Part shown: positions 1 to 8,500 of the stretch, in pieces
How positions within the stretch are numbered: the first letter of the stretch is position 1
How the letters are laid out: every line of letters begins with the position of its first letter
Assembly: GCA_000004985.1 (NCBI GenBank)
Contig: GG738846.1
Source of the DNA: Naegleria gruberi
Taxonomy: Eukaryota
Reading direction: 5' to 3' (one strand)
Length of the DNA stretch: 64,000 nt
The notes under the pieces: generated by a model
What the model was told of the DNA's origin: nothing
The model's input: only the letters and a program-made list of their open reading frames with translations
Databases searched by the model: none
Program-made: the position numbers and the translations under genes

Positions 1-1144
1 ACGATGTTGAAATTTGTGTTGGTAATAATTTTCCAGAATTATCAGATACTCTATTATTCTTTACATGAATGGTATGGTAAGGTACAAGTTCGAAAGCTAT
101 TGTCTTAAAATCAATCTCCAAAAAGGTTATTTTTACAAAAATTGTAATCGAATCCAATACTGAAATTGGACGTTGTTCTCTATAGGTACCATAATATTTA
201 AACGTATTTGATTCCAATAAATTATTAAAGTTTACAAGCAATCCATTCAAATTCAAATTATATGTAATATTTTGAGTGTTATCAACTAATCTGAATAGAC
301 CCAGTTGGGAAACTAGATAATCATAATTATTATATTTTGGTATAAAGAAAAATGGGAAAAGAGGCTTGAAATCAAACCAATCATTTTCTAGAGTGAGTAA
401 ATTTACATCAATATTTCTTTGGAAAGCTAACTTTTCATCTCTCATTAGTGAATTGACCAAATAGACTTGTTGAGATGAGTTTGTTTTTGCTTCTTTCAGA
501 TCATTCTTAATGTTTTTCAGTAAACTTTCAACTTGTGCTTTTGAAACTTGAGTAGTTTTAAATGTTATACTCTCATCATTGGATTGATGAATGTGAGAAA
601 CCAATTCTTTGGTTTTTGATTTAACTTTACTAGCAGAATCATCGGAATCTGTTGAAGAAGAGTGCATATCCTCATCACTTGATGAAAATGATTTCTTGAA
701 TAATTTTCCAGCAATCTTTTTTGGTTTTTCAACTTTCTTTTCCACATTTTTATGAGATGATGATGATGGTGAATCACTGCTACTACTACTATCGGATATA
801 ATCTCTGTTTTTATATTTTCTTTTTTAAATAATTTTCCTCCCTTGCTATTATTTACTTCTTTGTTATTCTTATTATTATCATTTAATTTACTATCACTCT
901 TATTTAATTTGGTATTATTATTATTATTATTATTATTAATATTATTTAATTTAGAATTATTTGTACTAGAATTATTATTACTTGTTGTTGTAGAGTGAGC
1001 CTTGTTATTATTATTTAACACCATTTCCTCATCAGAAGAAGATTGCGTTTTATCCAAAGGTTTTTCCACATTTTTCAGATGAGGATTCACCCTATAAAAG
1101 TCTCCCAATTTTCTCTTTAATTTCTGAACAGGATTTTCTAACAT
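1..1144 (-). CDS. Hypothetical N/S-rich protein, partial: the start codon is in the window and the C-terminus runs off the left edge
   Basis: Manual reverse-complement translation from the ATG at 1144..1142 (MLENPVQKLKRKLGDFYRVNPHLKNVEK...) stays open to position 1 with no stop. It is absent from the ORF track only because no stop lies in the window. The encoded poly-Asn tract comes from the (ATT)n microsatellite. Confidence 0.5.
   Translation of the reverse strand, partial: MLENPVQKLKRKLGDFYRVNPHLKNVEKPLDKTQSSSDEEMVLNNNNKAHSTTTSNNNSSTNNSKLNNINNNNNNNNTKLNKSDSKLNDNNKNNKEVNNSKGGKLFKKENIKTEIISDSSSSSDSPSSSSHKNVEKKVEKPKKIAGKLFKKSFSSSDEDMHSSSTDSDDSASKVKSKTKELVSHIHQSNDESITFKTTQVSKAQVESLLKNIKNDLKEAKTNSSQQVYLVNSLMRDEKLAFQRNIDVNLLTLENDWFDFKPLFPFFFIPKYNNYDYLVSQLGLFRLVDNTQNITYNLNLNGLLVNFNNLLESNTFKYYGTYREQRPISVLDSITIFVKITFLEIDFKTIAFELVPYHTIHVKNNRVSDNSGKLLPTQISTS
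913..939. repeat. (TTA/ATT)n trinucleotide microsatellite inside the CDS, encoding poly-Asn on the minus strand
   Basis: The tract tattattattattattattattatta is visible directly. Confidence 0.8.
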
Positions 1145-1312
1145 TTTTTTATCATAATTGTTTTTATCAATTCCAAATAAACTCTGAAGCACAATACTCT
1201 ACACTGTTCAATATTTTCGATATTATGATCATGATTAGACAATGAATATTTTATAACAAGATTACCTGAGTGATAGGATCATCTCTTTATCAAGCCTTAT
1301 GCATTTGAAAAA

Positions 1313-3279
1313 ATGAAACAACACCCAATTTCGGGCCTTAACAATTCTTCACGTAGTATTAGTAATAATAATAAGAATTTGAGAGCATCACAACAACAAC
1401 AGGGTGGGGAAAATGATTCATACAATCTTAATAGGAGTGGATTTAGTGCGGTAAGCATTCGATCAAGTCAGACATCTTCAGTGAAGAGTTATCATGCTCC
1501 TTCTTCTGAAGCCTTCATCAAAGTGGTCATGAAAATGGTTCGCATCATCATCAGCATTTAGGAGGAGCAAATATTGTGAGAGGAGGTGCTAGTCTTTCAT
1601 CTTCGGGACGTAATAATTTATCTTCATATTTTGAGGTGGACGATGATGAGGAAGAGGACTTGTTGAATAATTCTACCACAACGCCTCAACAACAAAACAA
1701 TGAAAAGATGATGGAGGAAAATCTTGAAATTGGATCATTGAATACGAGTCAAATAACAAGTACTGCCAGTAATTATTCAAACTATCCACCATTGGCCAAC
1801 AATTCATTCAGTACTAATCCTCCACTTGTGGAATCATTGAAAAACTCAAAGAAAGCAGCTTCACACCAGCAACATGACAAGATTTTGAAACACTTTTATC
1901 AGGAGAGTGATGAAGAATCCATTCCAGAACCGAGAGTTTATTCTCCTCAACAACAAAAGCAACAACACTCATCACCACAAGCTCCTCTTTCTCAAACACG
2001 GTCTGTCTCTTCAAAGACATCTTCAAAGAAAAGTAGCAGTAACAAACACAACCCAATGCTGGAACATCAACCTCCTCAGCCATTTCCAATGTTTCCAAAT
2101 CCATACCAATTCTTTCCAAACTTTAATTATTACCCATTCTTTCCACCGCAATATGGTGCCAATATGAATGCAGACGCTATTACGGAAATGCAAAAACTCT
2201 ACCCAAATGTACAAGCCAGTAATGATACATTCATTACTGAAAAGTCGGTCGAAAGCTCCTCGTTCTTTGAGAAGGATCAATTGTTGGATGTTTTAATATC
2301 GGAGAGTAAGCAAATGAAGTCGGTAATTGAGCATCAATCCGAATTGATTAATGTAATTTTAAAAAAGTTGGATGAAGTGAATGGAAAACTGGATGTATTA
2401 AAAGCCCAAAATAGGGATAAAACCAACCAGGTCAGTAATACAAACTCCCCAAATACAGCCTCTCTTAAATCATCCACAAGATCCACAAGCAAACAACCAA
2501 TAGATGAGACAGACCTTAATAATCACTCCAAGACCAGCAATAGTATGATTAACAACACGAGCCACTATCAATTCCATACTGATAATAGCATTCTCAAGAA
2601 ATCACCTCCAGCCTCTCCTGTTAAACCTGCCACTGCAACAGTTTCAAATAGCACTGAATCGTTTAGGTATGCAAATTCAATTCCTAGCCCTTCAAACTCT
2701 CCAATCAAGCCAATTTCAAAAAGTGCAACTCTATCTCCAAAACCAAATAGTCAGAGCCCTAACAATACAAGGTTATCAACCAACTCATCTACCAATCTAT
2801 ATGGCTATTCTAGTCCACTTGTAGATTATGGGTCAAAGCATTCAACACCAAAAACAAACCACCATTTAAATTCCTCGATTTCAAATCTCAGAGATTATGG
2901 AAGTTCAAAATCAAACTCACCATCCAATCACTTCTTTGAAAGTGTCAGTAAGAAGAAACCAATGATATCACACGATATGGATGATTCCTTATTGAATAGC
3001 AGCAAAATGACTGACTCTTTAGATTTATATTCTCATGCTGACGATTCTTTTGTTTACAACACCTCATATGTGAGCAGTTGCAGTTCAACTCCTCCAGAAC
3101 CATTTTCCACTGACATGCAACGATATCTGCATGAAAACATCCTCTCGGGTAGTACCTCTAAGAAGGATAATGTCAAAGATTCGGATAGCACCTTTGTTAA
3201 AAAGAAAGATTATTCCAATTATTCGTCTTCACCTAACGCAAGCATTCCTCTAAAGAGTTTTTCTAAAATTGATGTGTAA
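1313..3279 (+). CDS. S/N/Q/P-rich low-complexity protein with one coiled-coil-like segment. The two track ORFs (1313..1561 in frame 2 and 1576..3279 in frame 1) are very probably one gene.
   Basis: The ATG at 1313 opens a serine-rich ORF. The downstream ORF's reported M is GTG, and its frame is open back to 1510 (SLHQSGHENGSHHHQHLGG...). The two frames overlap over 1510..1558, so a 1-nt indel near 1507-1510 or the candidate intron 1451..1554 would join them. I recognise no conserved domain. Confidence 0.45.
1451..1554 (+). other. Candidate intron (GTAAGC...CAG, 104 nt) that would join the 1313 ORF to the 1576 ORF in frame. It is weak because its composition is coding-like rather than AT-rich; the alternative is a frameshift.
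   Basis: Length mod 3 = 2 restores the frame. The donor is gtaagc at 1451, and the acceptor AG ends at 1554. Confidence 0.25.
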
Positions 3280-3291
3280 TAAACCAAAATT

Positions 3292-5400
3292 TTACTGGAA
3301 TATGTTGGAATGATCCAGGTCTCTGTCATCTGACATTACTGAAGATTGATCCTCTCCATTATTTTCATAAAGTCTTTCATAGTTCTTGTTCAATCTATTT
3401 CTGTAAAAGTGGTTATTTTCATCGAACAAGACGTTCCATTCCTTATTATCTATGCTAATTGGTTTTCCATAGTCATCACTTGTTGAATAATAGAATGGAT
3501 AAATGCTGAGCTTGTCCTTGTCAATGCCCTTCCAGACTACAGACAATAAACTTCCCTTTGTAAAATTGTTCCAAAATTGCAAGTCGTATGAATTCGAAAT
3601 ATTCTCATCAAGAGCTTGTCCAAAAATATTAGTGCTGCTTCCACTAGTGTTACTATCAACTGAGGTGGCATCTGGGCTAATGAGGCTTTCATTGTAGTGT
3701 TCATTCACTGCCTGCAAAGGGTTTACATCCTTTAATAAGTGTTGAGATGGACCTCTAATGAAACCCAATGGAGTACAAGTAAAATGAGGATGGAAATTAA
3801 CTTGCAATACAGCGAGTAAATGTGAATCCTTGAATGAAACAATTAAGCGATTGTGATTTAACACAATTTGATTGATAGTACCACAACAAACAACATTATT
3901 GTTGGTATATTGTGAGAGCGGTACTTTGGAATGGTAAGTGTAATTGACAGCGCTATCGACCTTTTTAAATAAGCCATTATTCTTCAATACATGAATGCAA
4001 TCCGAATCTTGTTCAGTCAAGAACAAGTATTTTGAATTGTAACAAATAGATTGGATAGGCTTATTGAATGAAGACCACTTTTGATTGTTCCAAGTGTATG
4101 TATTATAAATCCTGAATACGTTACTTTGATGACTGACAAGTAAATGTTCATCATTCAAAAATACGCATTTTCTAACACCTCCATTCAATCTTGTTATGGT
4201 ATCAAAGAGAGTCCAATCGTTATTAATGAACTTGTAAATTCTGATAGTATCATCATGCTTACTAGAACTAACAAGCATTTCACCATCTGGACTCCACGTT
4301 AATTGATCCACACTAGTTGGTGTTTTAATAAAAATACACACTCCACGCCTAGTTAAGTTCATTCTCCTATTGACATCCCATATTATTATTCCTTTTTCAC
4401 ATCCAACAGCTAGAATAGACTCAGTATAAGTATTAGGATCCTTATTCGAAGATGTTTGAACAATTGGTTTCCATTTGATAGTATTAACACGATATTGGAA
4501 TTCATGTGTCAAAACTTGGCATGACCATTCCTCATTAATAACATTGTAAAAATAAATTGAGTCATCTTCAAATGTTACAGCAATTTTCATAAGATAAGGA
4601 TGCCAATCGTGACACTTAACGCCTTTTTGACTTATATCGGATGATGTATTTGAATCTCCATTGGAGTAGTAATATGTAGAATTGAATAAATAGGTCGGAA
4701 TGTAATTAGTGACAGTTTGAATATATTCACAAACAGTGTCATAAACTGATTTGTAATTAGTGTCATTCTTGATAATACCATTGTACTTGTTATTATTGTG
4801 ATTGTGAGGTATCATAATGTTTGGATAAATGACACCTCCTCTATTACAATAGAAGGATATCAGTGAATCATTCAATGATTGAATGTGTATTAATTCTCCT
4901 TCAATTTCACCAACTGTTAATTCCCCACCTTGTTTTGTCTTTTTTAAATGTGAAGGTGAAATCGGAGTGTAAGCTTCATTCATAATCAATGAAGATGCAT
5001 CACCACTCAGCTTGTTCTTTGGTATAATAATATTATTATAATTCAAAAATACATTTTCAAAATTATATTCAACCTTATCATTATTTTGAATCATTGTATT
5101 ATTTAATTGTAGGTATGGAAATTCGCTTAGGATGGTATTATTATTTTCATTATTAAAAGGTGTTTGTTTTTTAGCACTGTTATTGGCTAGTATTTTCCCC
5201 ACTGTAGGAGAGGGTTTTGTTGGTGTGAGCGTTAAATTACTCAGAGGGTGATTTGGATTATTCTTGTAGGAATTTTTCTTCTTGATGGGTGTCGATGATG
5301 GAGCAACGAATGATGTTGATGATACGGAATTTGAAGGTATTTCCTCATCATTAATAATTTCATCTTCATGAAAGAAGGAAACATTCATGTGCTTACTCAT
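3292..5400 (-). CDS. WD40-repeat protein, probably a homolog of the nucleoporin Aladin/AAAS
   Basis: This is a 702 aa ORF with a true ATG. Segments DWHPYLMKIAVTFEDDSIYFYN, ILAVGCEKGIIIWDV and LTWSPDGEMLVSSSKHDDTIRIYKF follow the WD-repeat pattern and spacing of human Aladin ([23 protein letters not shown] / VLAVACQSCILIW / [25 protein letters not shown]), as recalled from memory. The N-terminus is N-rich and low-complexity. Confidence 0.55.
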   Translation of the reverse strand: MSKHMNVSFFHEDEIINDEEIPSNSVSSTSFVAPSSTPIKKKNSYKNNPNHPLSNLTLTPTKPSPTVGKILANNSAKKQTPFNNENNNTILSEFPYLQLNNTMIQNNDKVEYNFENVFLNYNNIIIPKNKLSGDASSLIMNEAYTPISPSHLKKTKQGGELTVGEIEGELIHIQSLNDSLISFYCNRGGVIYPNIMIPHNHNNNKYNGIIKNDTNYKSVYDTVCEYIQTVTNYIPTYLFNSTYYYSNGDSNTSSDISQKGVKCHDWHPYLMKIAVTFEDDSIYFYNVINEEWSCQVLTHEFQYRVNTIKWKPIVQTSSNKDPNTYTESILAVGCEKGIIIWDVNRRMNLTRRGVCIFIKTPTSVDQLTWSPDGEMLVSSSKHDDTIRIYKFINNDWTLFDTITRLNGGVRKCVFLNDEHLLVSHQSNVFRIYNTYTWNNQKWSSFNKPIQSICYNSKYLFLTEQDSDCIHVLKNNGLFKKVDSAVNYTYHSKVPLSQYTNNNVVCCGTINQIVLNHNRLIVSFKDSHLLAVLQVNFHPHFTCTPLGFIRGPSQHLLKDVNPLQAVNEHYNESLISPDATSVDSNTSGSSTNIFGQALDENISNSYDLQFWNNFTKGSLLSVVWKGIDKDKLSIYPFYYSTSDDYGKPISIDNKEWNVLFDENNHFYRNRLNKNYERLYENNGEDQSSVMSDDRDLDHSNIFQ

Positions 5401-5585
5401 TTTTTTAATAAATTCAAAAATTAAATTATTTCATCAATTCATATTAATTATTATTAATAATTGATGATGATAAAGGAGGTTCCAATAATTGGATAATGCA
5501 ATTAATTCTCATTGTCAATTATGAGAAGGTTAATATTTAATAATAGCTTACAAAAACATTTCAAAATCTAAATTGAAAAATTCGG

Positions 5586-8500
5586 ATGAAAAAAATGTTC
5601 GCCACTGGTCCCACATCATCTTCAACAACACGTGAATCATCAGGTCAAAACAATGATAATGATACCACAAGAGTCTCATCAACACATATCATTGTTACAC
5701 CCGATACAACTTTTCCTACTTTCCAACTTTCCAATACTCTCCATTCTACAGTCCCACAACAAACAATTGACAAGAGAACAAGTTATAGCGCACTGGAGGA
5801 GAGAAAGAGAATTAGAGCAAAGAGGAAACAGTTTAATAATTATCAACAACAAGAAGGACAATCTACAGAAGAACCAACATATCCACCAGTGAATAAGTCG
5901 TCTTCATCATCGTATTATCAAAATTATAATGACACAATTCAAAGACCAATACAACCTCCAACAAGATCTGTGATTACAGAGGAGGAAATGAACAAGGATT
6001 TGGCAACCTTCAAGAGGCAAATAAAGAAGGAAAAGAGGGAGAAACAAAGAGTTTCAAAGAAAAAAGAAAACAATTTTAATCCTCTGGAAAGTAATATTAC
6101 CATTGATAATAATTCCGAATCAAACGATAAAGCTTCATCATCAGTAGCTTCTACTAGTAGTAGTAATGTTACTGCAAGTAACATCTATGACAGGAAACAA
6201 AGAAACAAGAAGGAAAAGAAACCTAATGATTTTAGGAGGGTTAAAAACTACTTCCCTCCAGTTCCAGAAGGACAACAATTGAATGTTCAAGGCCCTCGTT
6301 TAATTGAATCTCAACCAGAATCTTTAAGTGCCACAACTAACAAGCCTTCAACAAGAATTAGAGAAAACAAAAGGGTAAATAGCCAAGCTATACAAAACAA
6401 TTCAATTGAGAGCTCTGTGACTTTACCTGTCGAAAAGTTACCAAAAGCAAAAACCAAGAAGGAAAACCAGTTACTTCCTCAAATAGGTCAAATCAAATTG
6501 AACAATGAACAACATACAAATACTAAACCAAAAGCTATGGATTCACTTCCTATTCATGAATTTTCATCTTCAATTATCAATTCTATTGAAGAAAATCAAG
6601 TCACTGTCATAACAGGTTTCACAGGTTGTGGAAAGAGTACTCAATTACCCCAAATCGTTTTGAAACACTATATTGAGAATAGTAATACACACCGTTTGAA
6701 AAAAATCAAAATTGTTTGCACTCAACCAAGAAGATTAGCAGCTACTAGTTTAGCTAGAAGGGTCAATAATGAAATGAAGTCTTATTTGGACAAGAATGGA
6801 TTGAATGAATTGTTCAAAGGAAGAATTTCTGGTCATATAATTGGTGGAGAGGCAGTTTTAGATCATAATACACCAATTGTTTATGCCACAGAAGGATGCT
6901 TGACTCAAATCATCATGGGTATGCATTCTTCATCAACATCAAGCTATGAAAATTTTCATAATGAATTTTCACATATAGTACTAGACGAAATTCACGAAAG
7001 AAAAGTCGACACAGATCTCCTTCTTTATTTTGTGAGAGAAATTGTCAAGGTTAATCCTAAAATTAGAATCATTTTGATGAGTGCCACACTCTCACAAGAA
7101 AAGATTTGTAAATATTTTGAGAGTTACCTTAATATGGATATCTCATCCGCAAAGAACAATGGACAAAATAATGGGGGAAATGGAGAGGATGATGAGCTTT
7201 TCGTTTCAAACATAGAAAAGAAGGTTCCTGCAATTCATATTCCTAGTGGATGTTATCCCGTAACTGAAAACCACATTGAAGATGTGATTACCCTTTTATA
7301 CAACCCTGTTTCTAATCCTCTCCCAGAGGAAGAATTATTGAGCAAGCAGCAATTTGCTCCCTTGCTTTCTAAACCATTGAGAGCCAGCATAAAACCAGAG
7401 AGAAGAATTTTAGGAGCCCGTCTTATTGAATACCTACACGTACGTTATCCATTAAATCAATCCATACTAGTATTCCTTCCAGGTATGATGGAGATAGAGG
7501 ATTTCGCTGATGATTTGACAGCTAATTTTATTGGAGGGGCTTCAGCAGTTGACTGTCCATACGATATTCATATTCTTCACTCCCTCATCGCAGAGCAAGA
7601 ACAAGAAGAATCCCTTTTACCACCAAAAGAAGGTAAAAGAAAGGTTATTCTCAGTACTAACATTGCCGAGAGCTCTATCACTGTTCCAGATGTTGTTATT
7701 GTGATTGATTTTTGTCTATGTAAAGGCAAATATTGGAATGAAAATTTTAATTCAGAAGTTATGGGACTTGATTGGGTTTCCAAAGATTCTTCCAAACAAA
7801 GGAAGGGAAGAGCAGGTAGAGTTTCTCCTGGTATTCTTTTTAGAATGATTACAAGAGACGAGTATGAAATGTTAGATGACTCTGTCGTACCAGAAATACA
7901 GAGAAAACCTCTCTCTTCTGTAGTTTTGCAAATACTCATGTTCAATGGAGCTTACGTTGATGACCCAACACAATTCAAAGGTTTACCTAAGAATTACAAA
8001 ACTCCATCAGAAGTTTTGCAAAAGTGTCTAGATCCTCCAAATCAAAGTTTGTTAGAGCAGGCTTACTATCAACTTGAATCACTTGGAGCCATTGTGAATC
8101 ATCAATTGGGAAATTCTCAAACTGATTCCAATAGTGTTGTGAATCAATATGAATTAGATGAAGCTTACTTGGTTACTAGCATCGGAAAATTCTTTTCTTT
8201 AATTCCAACCGAGTTAAATGCAGCCTACCTTTTACTAATTGGTTATTCATTGAATTTATTACCAGAGTGCATAATTATTGTTTCCATATTGTCCAGATCA
8301 GTGCCAATTCTTGCCTTCTCATCTTTAAAGCTTCTAAGCGCAAGAGCTATTTATTCATTTGATAATGGATCTGAGAGTGATTTAATTGCTGGATTCAATG
8401 CTTATAACCGCTTCAAACAACTTCAAACATTGAGGAGAGATCACAAAATAACTCCCAGCCAATTTAATAGTCAACTGGCCAAGGAAATGCTTGCTCTGAA

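Noticed and set aside
565-777. 70-aa minus-strand ORF (MIHHHHHLIKMW...)
   Set aside because: It is an alternative frame of the real truncated CDS 1..1144, which is open across the whole region in another frame.
7577-7945. 122-aa minus-strand ORF, and similar short ORFs inside the helicase and VPS13 genes (5632..5892, 5939..6184, 36898..37107, 37943..38179, 40547..40933 and others)
   Set aside because: They lie antisense or out of frame within long, homology-supported coding regions and have no coding signal of their own.
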